Below, piece by piece: positions 1 through 13,259 of a DNA stretch of 64,000 nucleotides. This DNA comes from Octopus vulgaris. Taxonomy: Eukaryota. The notes under the pieces are model-generated. The model was not told the DNA's origin. It saw only the letters and a list, made by a program, of their open reading frames with translations, and made no database searches. The DNA lies in NCBI GenBank assembly GCA_951406725.2, contig OX597815.1, forward strand, positions 58,156,001 through 58,220,000, read 5' to 3'. The translations under genes were made by a program, and so were the position numbers. Position 1 is the stretch's first letter. Every line of letters begins with the position of its first letter.

Positions 1-1139
1 AAGGCAGGCATTTGTGATCAATGGAGCCACCTCCAGGGAAACACAAATAGCAAGCAGTGTTCCACAGGACACTGTCTTGGGGCCACTGCTGTTCATAGTG
101 ACCCTTTCAGACTTGCCCTCAGTTGCTAAGATTGCCACTCTTGCTCGCTATGCAGATGACACAGAAGTCTCCCACACAATACAAAACCCTGAAATTATTG
201 CACATCTGCAACAGGAGTTGGATACAATATACAGGTGGGCTGAGGACAACAACATGCAGTTTAATGCAGATAAGTTCCAGGCCCTGCGCTACCGGCACAC
301 AAAGGTAAACGACATGCAGACTGGATACACTGGCCCAGGAAGAATTGCAATCCCTGAGTCAAAATCAGTGCATGACCTGGGTATTGACATGAGCAATGAT
401 GCACCTTTCCAAGTGCATATTGCTAATTTGGTGATAAAATGCAGACGGCTAGCTGAATGAATTCTCTGAACTTTCAGAACAAGAGAGAAGGAGACACTGA
501 GGGTCCTCTGGAAAACTTTCGTCCTCAGCCGCTTGCACTACTGCTCCCAACTATGGCCACCACAGAATATAAAACTAACAGCAGAACTCGAAGCAATTCA
601 AAGAAGCTGCACAAAGAAGATCGTCTGAATGCAAAATATCAGCTACTGGGAAAGACTGAAAGTATTAAAATTCTTCTCCCTTGAGCGAAGGCAGGAGAGA
701 TATTTGGTGATATACATCTGGAAAATCCTGGAGGGTCTTGTCCCAAACTTTGGCATTCAAAGTTACCCCAACCGCAGAACGGGGCGCCACTGCATGGTGC
801 CAAAGATTCCAACATCACCATCAAAATACAGGACCAGATACAGCCACAGCTTGGGTTTCAGAGGACCACATCTCTTTAACATCCTCCCTAAATGCCTGAG
901 AGACTTGCATGGTGTGGATGTGGGTTTCTTTAACACTAAACTGGGTCTCTTCTTGTCGGGGGTCCCAGATGAACCTACCTCACGACAGGAGACACAGATG
1001 CGGGCAGCAGCATTGAATTCCCTTGTTTACAAAGTGCCACGTATCAGGTGGATTCACATATTAGTGTAGCTCATTCACCGGTGGTGCCCCAGCATGTCTG
1101 CAGCCTTCAGGCTGAAACATTTTTAAGGATTTAAGGATA
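1..1139 (+). mobile_element. CR1/L2-group non-LTR retrotransposon (family B), 3' fragment with disrupted RT ORF and 3' UTR
   Basis: RT motifs [46 protein letters not shown]; in-frame stops near 458 and 626; 3' UTR GGTGCCCCAGCATG...TTTAAGGATTTAAGGA then (TA)n; homologous to 58430-59850. Confidence 0.9.
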
Positions 1140-1162
1140 TATATGTATATATACATATATGC

Positions 1163-1199
<37 letters not shown>

Positions 1200-1231
1200 T
1201 ATGTACATATATATATGTATATATACATATA

Positions 1232-1279
<48 letters not shown>

Positions 1280-1719
1280 CATATATAAACATATATACAT
1301 ATATAAACATATATACATACATATACATATATCAAACTAAGGTTATAGAACAAACAAATGCAAGGTCATCAACATAACATTTCATAACTCGAACATTTAC
1401 TCATAGAATATACATTTAAACATCATGGAAGATGGAACATAACTCATCTGTACAAGCATATAAGAAAGTGTGAGAAAAAATGTGTGAATACAGTTCATCA
1501 CGGTTAAAAGCTAATACTTTAGCAATCAAGAAAAATATATTTTTTAAAAAAACCATTACAACACTTAGAAAGTAAATACGGTTTGCTTCTGTACTTGGCT
1601 GTTTCATCTTTTGGTTTTGTTTGAGTTTTAGTTTTTCCTTCTTTGGCTGTTTCATCTTTTGTTTTTCTTTTAGTTTTTCCTCCTTTTACTTCTTTGTTGG
1701 CTCTTTCATCTCCATGGTT

Positions 1720-2100
1720 TTAGCTTTTGGTGCTGGTAGGGGCACTTGCACTTGGGTTTACTTCCCGGCCAGGTTTCTCATTTGAATCTTCTTTGTTGTC
1801 CTTGGTGTCTACCAAGTGGGGGTGACATCTTTCATCAGCACCCGTGCCTCCATCCTTGCCATCTTTACTTTGTTCATTGTCAAAGATGGCATCAAGCGTG
1901 TTGATGTGGGATCTTATGAGTGCATAGGAGTGTATAAACTGCTTCTTTCGCTCTATCTGTGCTAACGTCCTTGTGTATCCATTGCTCTTCAGTGCAGCTG
2001 TAATTATGTTGTTCGGATTATCTCCGTCGGCGCATTGCCAGGCTCTCAAGAACAACGCCAATTCCATGCTCCTCCAGGTTCCTGACCTTTTTGGATATTT
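1720..2100 (-). CDS. Short ORF with Myb/SANT-like (trihelix-type) DNA-binding signature, possibly a transposon-derived remnant
   Basis: Translation (KRSGTWRS)MELALFLRAW...IITAALKSNGYTRTLAQIERK fits the W..E...L..W / GY.RT..Q...K pattern; judged by eye only. Confidence 0.4.
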   Translation of the reverse strand, partial: KYPKRSGTWRSMELALFLRAWQCADGDNPNNIITAALKSNGYTRTLAQIERKKQFIHSYALIRSHINTLDAIFDNEQSKDGKDGGTGADERCHPHLVDTKDNKEDSNEKPGREVNPSASAPTSTKS

Positions 2101-2535
2101 TATTTATCTATCTAATTATATTTAAAATTTAATAGTGTGATAGTGGGTAGAGAAGAAATCAAGAAAGAAATTGTCTCTGTATTAAGAGAGATTGAGAGGT
2201 GAGAGAAGATAAGAAGAGAGTAAGAGAGAATGAGAGGAGAAAGTTAGCGTCTATATATTTAGAAAGATTGAGAGGCTGAGAGAGGAAAGATGGTGTGACA
2301 GAGAGAAGTGAAGAGACAGAGAAAGAGGCGTGAGGGAGAGAATTGAAGAGGCAGAGAGAGAAAGAAATGAAAGAGAGGAGGTTATGTGACAAATAAATAT
2401 ATATCTACCTGCAGCTATGAAAGTTCTCCTCTAAGCTAATTATAAATATCTATCTATCCACAACTGCCAGAGAAGTGGAGAGACAGAGAGAGAAAGAAAT
2501 GAAAGAGAGGAGGTTGTGCAACAAATAAATATATA

Positions 2536-2962
2536 TCTATCTGCAGCTACGAAAGTTCTAAGAGAATTTTCTTCTGAACTAATTACAACTATATTTCTAA
2601 TATTCGCGTCTATATATTTAGGAAGATTGAGAGGCTGAGTGAAAATAAAGAAAAATATATATATATATAAATAAAACAACAAATAAATATACACCTATCT
2701 AAAGTTGAATAATTATAAAGAGATATAGTGAGAAATTGACAAAAACGAAGCTGAAACAGAAATTGAAAGATTATTAACAGAATGTAAATTATAAACAGAT
2801 ACCTATCTGTAGCTACGAAAGTTTTCTTCTAAACTAATTGCGACTATACTTCTAATGTTTGTGTCTATATATTTAGGAAGATTGAGGGGCTGAGTAAATA
2901 AATATATATATAAATAAAGCAACAAATACATATATGCCCATCTAAAATTGAATAATTTTAAA
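2536..2962. repeat. Degenerate ~260-bp tandem repeat; a further copy resumes at 6719-6832
   Basis: CTATCTG(C/T)AGCTACGAAAG at ~2537 and ~2803; TATATTTAGGAAGATTGAG at ~2613 and ~2868; GAGAAATTGACAAAAACG.AGCTGAAA at ~2730 and ~6777. Confidence 0.7.
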
Positions 2963-2971
2963 GTAAATATA

Positions 2972-3348
2972 TGTGTGGTAAGTAGCTTGCTAACCAACCA
3001 CATGGTTCCGGGTTCAGTCCCACTGCGTGGCATCTTGGGCAAATGTCTTCTGCTATAGCCCCGGGCCGACCAAAGCCTTGTGAGTGGATTTGGTAGACAG
3101 AAACTGGAAGAAGCCTGTCGTATATATGTGTATATATATATGTATATGTGTGTGTTTGTGTTTGTCCCCCTAGCATTGCTTGACAACCGATGCTGGTGTG
3201 TTTACGTCCCCGTCACTTAGCGGTTCGGCAAGAGAGACCGATAGAATAAGTACTAGCCTTACAAAGAATAAGTCCCGGGGTCGATTTGCTCGACTAAAGG
3301 CGGTGCTCCAGCATGGCCACAGTCAAATGACTGAAACAAGTAAAAGAG

Positions 3349-3350
<2 letters not shown>
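2972..3350 (+). mobile_element. tRNA-derived SINE (cephalopod-type) with LINE-like 3' tail
   Basis: B-box-like GGTTCAGTCCC at ~3011 in a tRNA-like head; internal TA/TG tract; tail GGCGGTGCTCCAGCATGGCCACAGTCAAATGACTGAAAC matches the CR1-group LINE 3' UTRs in this window. Confidence 0.8.
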
Positions 3351-3398
<48 letters not shown>

Positions 3399-3402
3399 TA
3401 TA

Positions 3403-6400
3403 TGATTTTGATTTGATTTTGATTTTTCCAGTTTCAGCTCATGAGCTGTGGCCATGCTGGGGCACCGCCATTTGGTTTACTACATGATTTTACCTCACAA
3501 AATGCTTTTTAGTAACTGCCATTTGGTGCATGAGAGAGTTCGATGCAGCTGCCCTCATCTGCACCTCCTGCCGTGAAGTTGGTTCATCTGGGACACCTGA
3601 CAGGAAGAGATCCAGTCCTACTTTAAAGACATCCGCATCTACATCATGCAGGTCCCTCAGGTTCATCGGGAGGATATTGAAGAGCTCTGGGCCCCGGAAG
3701 CCCAGGCTATCACAGTATCTTGTCCTACATCTTGATGGCAAATTTGGTGTCCTTGGTACTACACAGTGGCGCCCGGTTCTGGTATTTGTGTGACTCTCGA
3801 TGCCAAAGTTTGGGACAAGTCCTTCCAGGATCTTCCAGATATATATTATGGCATATCTTTCTCGCCTACGCTCCAGGGAATAGAGCTTTAATCTCTTGAG
3901 TCTTTCCCAGTAGCTTATATGCTGCACAGAGGCTATCTTCTTCGTGTAGCTTCGTTGGATCGCCTCAAGTTCTGTGATCAACTTGACACTGGATGGTGAC
4001 CATAGCTGAGAGCAATAGTCAAAGTGGCTTAGGACAAGTGTCTTCCAGAGGACCATCATGGTTTCTTGTTCTCTTGTTCTAAAGGTTCTAAGAATCCATC
4101 CGGCCAGCCGTCTACATTTCATTGCCAGTTTAGCAACATGTACATGAAAGGTCGCGTCATCACTTATGTGAATACCCAGGTCACACACTGATTGTGCCTC
4201 TGGGATTGCAATCCCTCCGGGTCCAGTGTATTCATTGGGTATTGCATTCAGTTTTGCATGCTGATAGCATAAAGCTTGAAACTTTTCAGCATTGAACTGC
4301 ATGCTATTCTTTTCAGCCCACTTGTATATTTTGACCAGCTCACATTGCAGGGGCTTAATGTCTTCAGGGTTCTGTATTGCCTGTGAAACTTTTGTATCAT
4401 CTGCATAACTTGTGATCTCTGCGTGGCTGAGGGCATGTCTGAGAGGGCCATTATGAACAGTAGTGGTCCCAAAACAGTGCCCTGCGGAACACCGCTCACT
4501 ATTTGCGTGTTAATGGAAGTGGCTCCCATTGGCTACTACCACCTGACTTCTATTCTTCAGAAAGTCATGAAGCCATTCTCCCAATTTTCCAACTATGCGA
4601 AGATCACGCAGTTTGTGACATATCATTCCATGATCGACTTTATCAAAGGCCTTTGCAAAGTCGAGATATATCACTTCCACATTTGAGTGGTTGAGCAGTT
4701 GTTTCAGCACCCAGTCATAGTGTTGTAGGAGCTGAGTTAAGCAGCTTCTTCCTGGTCGGAAACCATGTTGGGTGTCGGGCAGCAAGTCATTTTCTTCAAG
4801 GAAGGTGATTAGTTTCCTTCTGACTATTTGTTCCATGACCTTGCTGATGTGTGAGGACGGAGAGATAGGTCTGTAGTTCTTGGCCTCTGCTCTGCTACCT
4901 CCTTTATGAATAGGGCATATTTTACCTTCCTTCAGTTTTCTTGGGAGTTTTCCAGTTGCAAGGAAGCTCTGAAAGAGAGACTGCAGTGGTCTTGCTAGGA
5001 CTCTCTTACATACTTTTAGAAGGATTGCCGGGAATCCATCGGGACAAGTAGCTGAGTTTGTTTTCATCTCATCTATAGCCTTTATTACATTGTCTTCCTT
5101 TATATTAATGTAATCAATCATCGCTGCCTCTGACCCCATATCTGCAGTGGTGAAGAAGTTAGTTGGATTGCTGATTTGGAAATGCCCAAGGGGTGGGGTG
5201 AAAACACTCTTGAATTGCTCATTTAGTATTTCACTTACCCTCATTGGATTTCCTGTGAGTGTGCCATCCCTTTCAAGGAGTGGCCCTATCCTACAGTGCA
5301 CTGTAGCTGTTTCTTTGGCATACCTGTAGAAAGCTCTGGGGTTAGATTTTATGTTGTCTATAGCCCTGGCTTCTTTGTCTGCTCTTTCCTTTTCATGGGA
5401 GAGTTGCAGACATTTTTCAAATTCCAACAGTTTCATTTTCAGGCGGGACTTTTCACTGCTTTCAATTTGTTTGTTTAGGCGATTTGAGATTTTTGTGCGC
5501 CTTCTCATTAGAATTTTCCTTTCTCTGGGGATTTTGTTCTTGTGTATAGTGGCCTTTCTCTCTGGGACACATTTGTAGCATATGGCTTGCATTACAGACA
5601 TGAATTGTTGAAGTTTCATGTCGATGTCCGGCGAGGAGAGACATTCAGGCCAGTTTTGTTTGAGGATCTCTTTCTCAATTTGTTTCCAGTTTGCCTTATT
5701 GAAGTTCAAGCTGGAAAGATTCTGAGAGTTTCTTGTAGGCTGCATGTCCATACTTTCCTTTGGCCCGTACATGGTCAGCTCTACCATGTTGTGATCCGAG
5801 AGTAGTATCGGTGTCACTTTCACATTATGGATGAGATCCATATTATTTGTGAAGCAGAGATCCAGTGTGTTACCTGCTCTGGTTGGTTGGAGTGTTACTT
5901 GCTCTATGTACAGGGTGTTGATGAGGTTCAGGAGGGACCTCGCCTGTCCTCGTTCACATCGTGTCATTCCTGGGAGAGAAAGGCCCTCGGGCCATCTGAC
6001 ATTGGGTAGATTGAAGTCTCCCATGAGAAGTACACTTATGTGTTGTTCTAGTGTGACTAGAACTTCTTCTATTTTTATAAGGCAGTCTTCAAACTTGCCC
6101 ATATGGCTTGGGGCATCTGGAGGGCGATATGTAGCACACACAACCACACCAAGTTGCCTTACATGTACAATTAGTGTGTCACACACCGAGTTTGAGTATG
6201 ACAAAAGGACCTGGGGTGTGAGGTCCTCACGGATGTACATAGCAACTCCTCCATGACTCCTTTCTTTTCTGTCGGTCCGTAGTACAACATACTGTGGTAT
6301 GTGTAATTCTGCATCCACTATGTCCGGTTTTAGGTGTGTTTCCGTAAGTGCTATGCATAAGGCTTGATTGCATGCAACAAAGTCTCTCAAGAACGGGACT

Positions 6401-6689
6401 TTTGTCCTGTTACTGTGTGTTAGTAGTCCTCTGATGTTCAGTAGGAGCATCGAGGTGAGGTGTATGGTGTTGCCGGTGGTGTCCACCTTGGGTCTATTTG
6501 CTGTGGTGGTCTTGTGAACTGTGGATAGTCCCATCTGCGAGCTTGAGTTTGATGGAGCCAGGTTAGCTGCTGTACAATCTTTTGTGCCATGCACAAAAAA
6601 GATTCTTGTTCAGCAGCTGCCCTTTCAACAACACGTTGGCGGTTTGTGGCATGCACCACATCTGCGTACCTCCGTTTTGGGTACCTCCG

Positions 6690-6690
<1 letters not shown>
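3403..6690 (-). mobile_element. CR1/L2-group LINE (family A), longest copy: probable ORF1 C-terminal remnant plus APE-RT ORF2 with frameshifts, (AAAATC)n tail
   Basis: ORF 4510-6594 has APE motifs (LLNIRGL, LTETHL, YRPP, GDFN, SDH) and RT start ([29 protein letters not shown]); continues in 4248-4529 and 3490-4302; flanked by (TA)n on both sides. Confidence 0.93.
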
Positions 6691-6723
<33 letters not shown>

Positions 6724-7239
6724 CAACAAATAAATATATGCCTATCTAAAATGGAATAATTTTAAAGAGATGTATTGAGAAATTGACAAAAACGGAGCTG
6801 AAAAAGAAATTGAAAGATTATTAACAGAATGTTAAATAGAGAATAGGTCCTTACATTGAATTATGGAAAATTAAACAAATGAAAGGGGGTACCTATCTTA
6901 TAAGAGGTAGAAGTCCCCAAATCGTGTCCCTATACGAAGAGGTTTTCTTTCAAAAAAGAAAAGAAAACAGTTCTTTTTGTTTGTTACTGTCGATTGAGAT
7001 GTCACCACGTGCTTCTTCGACAGGAAATCTGGCATGCGTAATTAACTCTAGTGTATTATATTAGGCTTGAAGTGAAATATATTACGGTTTTTAACTAATA
7101 TATCCTAGGAGGCCGCTATGAGATAGCAAGTTCTACGTTTTTTATCAGTTTTGGCAGTTTATTTCATCGATTTATGCAAATGTTTTTGTTTTTCTATCAC
7201 AGAGCAAAGCAACACGTCTTTCCCCTATGAAAACCGGAA

Positions 7240-7285
<46 letters not shown>

Positions 7286-7559
7286 GTATGTATATATATA
7301 TGTATGTATATATATATGTATGTATATATATATGTATATGTATATATATGTATATGTATATATATGTATATGTATATATATGTATATGTATATATATGTA
7401 TATGTATATATATGTATATATATATATGTATATATGTATATATATGTATATATATATGTATATGTATATATATATGTATATGTATATATGTATATGTATA
7501 TATATGTATATATATGTATATGTATATATATGTATATGTATATATATGTATGTATATGT

Positions 7560-7591
<32 letters not shown>

Positions 7592-7857
7592 GTATGTATA
7601 TATATATATAATAATAATATTAGGGAGTAAATCCAAACTTACAGGGAAAAATTAGATTTATGATTAAATCTAATTTTACAGTAAAAATATATATATTGAA
7701 TTAGAGATAAAACCACACATATATAAATGTATATATGTATATGTATATACATATATAAACGTATATATGTATATATATATATGTGTGTGTGTATATATAT
7801 ATATAAATGTATATATGTATATATATACATATATATATGTATATATATGTATATGTA

Positions 7858-9040
7858 CAAATTGAGATAGGGGTTGTTAATGCAACCCACCATGGGATAC
7901 CATATATCCAATATACTGCTTGTGAGGTACCCAACAAAGTTAATACATAAATGTTAAGAATTGCGATGCAATTAATTCATTTATTGTATTATATGGGCAA
8001 AAGTAAAATGTTTTACCACAAATTCATAATACAAAATAAGAAAATGGAGAAATACATCAAAATCAAATATCAATTATCAGATAATACTCAATCACATACT
8101 TTATTAAACCACTACATAAGAAACCATAAGGTTAAACATAATAATGCAGGGTAAAACTGTGTACATGAAGGAGTGTACATAAAATAGTAATGTTATACAA
8201 TAAGGAGAATACGTATAATAGAACATAAATATAAGTACACATAAATATAATATCTTACAGCTGTTTCGGCCATGTAGATAAGCATGTCTCATTCAACTCA
8301 TATTAGCCATTTATGTTATTGACCTACCATAAATGGCTAATATGAGTTGAATGAGACATGCTTATCTACATGGCCAAAACAGCTGTAAGATATAGTCTAT
8401 ATTTATATTTATGTGTACTTATATTTATGTTCTACTAGCAGTATCGCCCGGCGTTGCTCGGGTTTGTAAGGGAAATAACTATATAAGCATTTTTAGAGAG
8501 TTACTTCCCTTATAGATGCCAATTCGGGCTTTCTTAGCCATTTCTGTTTTGGTGTCTTCAAGCCATGAAGTCGTTGTTCCAAAAGAACGCTGGTCTCCTT
8601 GACAACGCTTTACGACGTTGATTTCCTTACACTCCCTTCCCCACAGCTTCACGAGGGAGGGAAGAAGGGGGAGAAGCAAACAGGTGCAGGTGTGACCATG
8701 GACGCCAACTCCGCCGCCATCGACACATGAAAAATTATGCATTAAAATGGAATAAAAAATGATGTTAAATTATTTTTAAAATCGTAGACTCATCGTAGAC
8801 GCGCGCTAATACTCAGACGGGCTCACACAACTACAGTTTTATATATATAGATTATACGTATTCTCCTTATTGTATAACATTACTATTTTATGTACACTCC
8901 TTCATGTACACCGTTTTACCCTGCATTATTATGTTTAACCTTATGGTTTCTTATGTAGTGGTTTAATAAAGTATGTGATAGAGTATTATCTGGTAATTGA
9001 TATTTGATTTTGATGTATTTCTCCATTTTCTTATTTTGTA
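7858..9040. mobile_element. Inverted pseudo-LTR pair of a PLE related to 51025-56127, interrupted by a Helitron
   Basis: 7865-7960 is homologous to 51033-51130 (AGGGGTTG..CAACCCACCATGGGATA..ATATATCCAATATACTG); ~8030-8315 is the reverse complement of ~8328-8434 plus 8852-9040; contains the hammerhead 3' half GCCGAAACAGCTGTA on the minus strand near 8256-8270. Confidence 0.8.
8435..8851 (-). mobile_element. Non-autonomous Helitron
   Basis: Minus strand begins TCTATATATATAAAA and ends with hairpin CCCGAGCAACGCCGGG followed by CTAG; sits between A and T with no TSD; empty site visible in the opposite inverted arm. Confidence 0.88.
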
Positions 9041-9288
9041 TATGTATATGTATATACATATATATGTATATGTATATGATTATATATATATGTATATAAA
9101 TATATGTATATACATATATGTATGTTGTTATATTTCGGAATGGTCATTTTGCCAGTTTAGCCAATAAATATATATACACATATATATAATAATATATATA
9201 TACATATATATACATATATGTATGTATATATGTATATACATACATATATGTATATACATATATATGTATATATATATGTATATATGTG

Positions 9289-9335
<47 letters not shown>

Positions 9336-9350
9336 GTGTATGTGTATGTG

Positions 9351-9381
<31 letters not shown>

Positions 9382-9471
9382 ATGTGTATGTGTATGTGTG
9401 TATATATATATATATATATGTATGTATATATATGTATATGTATATACATATGTATATATATCTATATATAA

Positions 9472-9514
<43 letters not shown>

Positions 9515-9565
9515 AATGTATATAAACATATATACATATATATATGTATATATACATATATACAT

Positions 9566-12500
9566 ACATCATCATCATCATCATCGTTTAACGTCCGCTT
9601 TCCATGCTAGCATGGGTTGGATGGTTCAACTGGGGTCTGGGGAGCCCGAAGGCTGCACCAGGCCTGTCAGATCTGGCAGTGTTTCTACAGCTGGCTGCCT
9701 TCCTAACGCCAACCACTCCGAGAGTGTAGTGGGTGATTTTACGTGCCACCGACACAGGTGCCAGACGAGGCTGGCGAACGGCCACGCTCGGATGGTGTTT
9801 TTTATGTGCCACCGACACAGGTGCCAGAGGAGGCTGGCGAACGGCCACGATCGGATGGTGTTTGTTACGTGCTCACAGCATGGAGGCCAGTCGATGCGGT
9901 ACTGGTACCACAAAGATACAAATTCCATTGATGTTCATCTATTTTGATTTGGTCCCGGTCTCTAGTCATTTCCTTGGTGAGACCTAAAGTTCAAAAGTCG
10001 TGCTTCATCACCTCGTCCCAGGTTTTCCTGGTACCACAAAGATACAAATTCCATTGATGTTCATCTATTTTGATTTGGTCCCGGTCTCTAGTCATTTCCT
10101 TGGTGAGACCTAAAGTTCAAAAGTCGTGCTTCATCACCTCGTCCCAGGTTTTCCTGGTTCTGCCTCTTCCACACGTTCCCTCAACTGCTAGGGTGTAGCA
10201 CTTTTGCACACAACTATCTTCAGCCATTCTCGTCACATGACCTTTCCAGCGCAGACGTCTCTCTTGCACACCACAACTGATGCTTCTTAGGTTCAACTTT
10301 TCTCTCAAGGTACTTACACTCTGTCGATTATGAACACTGACATTACACATCCATCGGAGCATACTGGCTTCATTTCTTGCGAGCTTACGCATATCCTCAG
10401 CAGTCACGGCCCATGTTTCACTACTATGTAGCATGGCTGTACGTACACATGCATCATACAGTCTGCCTTTTACTCTGAGTGAGAGGCCTTTTGTCACCAA
10501 CAGAGGAAGAGCTCTCTAAACTTTGCCCAGGCTATTCTTACTCTAGCAGTTACACTTTCAGCCCACCCACCCCCGCTACTGACTTGGTGACTTAGGTAGC
10601 GGAAGCTATCAACTACTTCTAGTTTGTCTCCCTGAAACGTGGTAGAAGTTGGTCTCTGCTCACTTCCAGTGTTTATTGCTCCTGAGCATCTGCCACAGAC
10701 AAAAACTATTTTCCTAGTTAGCCTTCCTTTGATATTGCTGCACCTCTTATGTGTCCATAGCTTACATTTGGTGCACCTTATAGAGTTTCTACGTACACCT
10801 TTTTTACAGATCGAGCAGGGTCATCTACCTGAAGTCGTTTGTGATTGGTCCACCTTCCTACTTATTAGGACTTTGGTTTTGGCTAGGTTGATTCTAATCC
10901 TTCGATTCTAATCCTTGGTTCCACACGTGAAAATTCTCCTCCAGTTCTGATAGTGACTCAGCAATTAGAGCAAGGTCATCAGCATAGAGGAGCTCCCAGG
11001 GGCATCCTGTCTTGAATTCCTTCGTTATTGCCTGGAGGACTATGATAAATAGGAGGGGACTGAGGACTGAACCTTGGTGGACCCCAACCTCTACCCGGAA
11101 TTCTTCACTGTACTCGTTGCCAACCCTCACCTTACTAACAGCGTCTCTATACATGGCTCGCACAGCTCTCACTAACCATTCATCTATCCCTAGTTTCCTC
11201 ATTGACCACCAGATAAGGGATTGGGGGACCCTGTCAAAGGCTTTCTCCATGTCAACAAAAGCCAGGTACAGGGGCTTATATTTGGCTAGGTATTTCTACT
11301 GCAGCTGTCTTACCAGGAATATAGCATCAGTAGTACTTTTCCCTGGCACGAACCCAAACTGCATCTCATCTAAGCTAACTCTCTCTCTAATTAATTGGGC
11401 TATAACCCTCTCCGTAACCTTCATTACCTGATCCAGCAGCTTGATACCCCTGTAGTTATTTGTATCTAGGGCGTTACCTTTACCTTTGTAGCAGTTGACT
11501 ATTATGCTGCTACACCAGTCATTGTGTATGACTCCTTCGTGTATCACCTGGTTAACTATACGGGTGACTAGGCTATAGCCGACACTACCAGATATTTTGA
11601 GCATCTCTGCAGTAATTCCTGATGGGCCTGGGGCTTTCCCTGTTTTCATGCTTGTATTTGCCTTAACTACTAAGGAACTGTTAACTTGGATTGCTGGTCC
11701 CTCTGTTGGGTCGACATTCGGCAGACTCTCTTTATCCCATTCATTTTCTTTATTCAGCAACCTTTCATAGTGGCATCTCCAAGCCTCTCTCTTTGCATCC
11801 TCATTTAGCGCAAGTGAACCATCATCCTTGCGAATACATTTCTCTCCTACCACGTCACGATTCTCTCTCACACACTGTCTTGCAACACGAAATACCTCAA
11901 GTCTTTCATCCTCACCGCGCAGGACATTGGCAAATTTTTTCTTACCTGCTTCCCCTATGGCTAGATAGACCTGTCTCCTAGCTTCCCTTCTGGCAGTCTG
12001 ATACACTTCCCTGCTACCACCGTTCTTCCAGTCCTTCCAAGCCTGTTTCTTTTGTCTAATAGCCCTGTCAACAATATTGTTCCACCACCAGGTTATTTTG
12101 GGTCTTAAGGGGACTTTGCACCAGCCACAGATCTGGTCAGTGGCTTTCAGCAGGTTGTCCCTCAGAAGCGTCCAGTTGTCTTCTACCCCATGTGTAGCTA
12201 TACCCACTTCCATTTCGTCAAAGGTTTCAAGTAACATGTCTTTAAAACTCTGTCCATTTGCAGGGTCTTTAAGCTTCCAGACCCTTCTTCTCCATGTTGG
12301 TCGTCTTCTAGTCGCCCTCTTAGTCCTGATCCTAAAGTCACTAACTACTAGTCTATGTTGTGGGGTGCATTCTTCACCTGGGAAGGTTTTGGCATTTATA
12401 AGCATCCATCTTTCTCTTTTTCTGGCAAGGATGTAGTTGATTTGGCTAGTATGCCGGCCTGATCGGTAGGTGACCAGGTGGCTTGTCGGTTTCCTGAAGT

Positions 12501-12705
12501 TAGTGTTGCAAACCATAAGACTATTCGCATCGCAGAACTCCAGCAGCCTGGTTCCCTCCTCATTACGGGGACCATAACCATAGCCTCCATGTACGCCATG
12601 GAAGCCCCCAGCATGTCGTCCAACATGCCCATTGAAATCACCAGCCACAAAGAGAAGGTCCCTGTCGTTCGTCAATGAGGTGGTCTGCAGTAGGGTGTCA
12701 TAGAA
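9566..12705 (-). mobile_element. RTE-clade LINE, 5'-truncated within APE, disrupted ORF, (GAT)n tail
   Basis: GDFNGHVG, NYRGIKLL, QFGFVPGKSTTDAIF, DMEKAFDRVP, VHQGSVLSPLLF, LYADD; Cys-rich insert (CSICKK..CTKCKLWTHKRC); (CAT)n at 9566-9584 on + strand. Confidence 0.93.
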
Positions 12706-13126
12706 AGATAGCAGTCTTGTGAAGAGAACAGTAATGTGACAAATACCTTATCATATAGCATGAAATTCATCGTCTGTGAGTATGAAACTCCTCCTCATAT
12801 CTCTGGAAATTTACATCTACACTACGGATTAATTCACCTTCTCTGTGAAGCTAATAAGCTTTTTTAAAAACCTGTGATAAGACTGTGCATCATCATTAAA
12901 GAACTTCGGAAGTCTGTTTACAACCTAAATCTGCTTTTAATGAAATTATCTCCAATACTTCATGAGTATAGCCTCACCCACTAAGATGTTTGGAGAACTC
13001 ATATGTGTTTTAGCTGATGAATACGGGACACTTTTATCTGCTGCAATATTTGCAACTTTTAATAAAGCCTGTCTTTGTATGAAACAATTGTACTAAAAAC
13101 TAATTCATTCTTGTTGCTTCTTTCTC

Positions 13127-13170
<44 letters not shown>

Positions 13171-13208
13171 TATATATAATATATATATTATATAATATAT
13201 ATAATATA

Positions 13209-13254
<46 letters not shown>

Positions 13255-13259
<5 letters not shown>

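Noticed and set aside
2972-3035. tRNA gene
   Set aside because: Only a tRNA-like SINE head; no full cloverleaf, and it continues into SINE body
12706-13110. Possible host exon in non-repetitive sequence (also 14184-15060 and 16040-16405)
   Set aside because: No ORF of 60 aa or more and no recognisable motif; cannot be supported without a search
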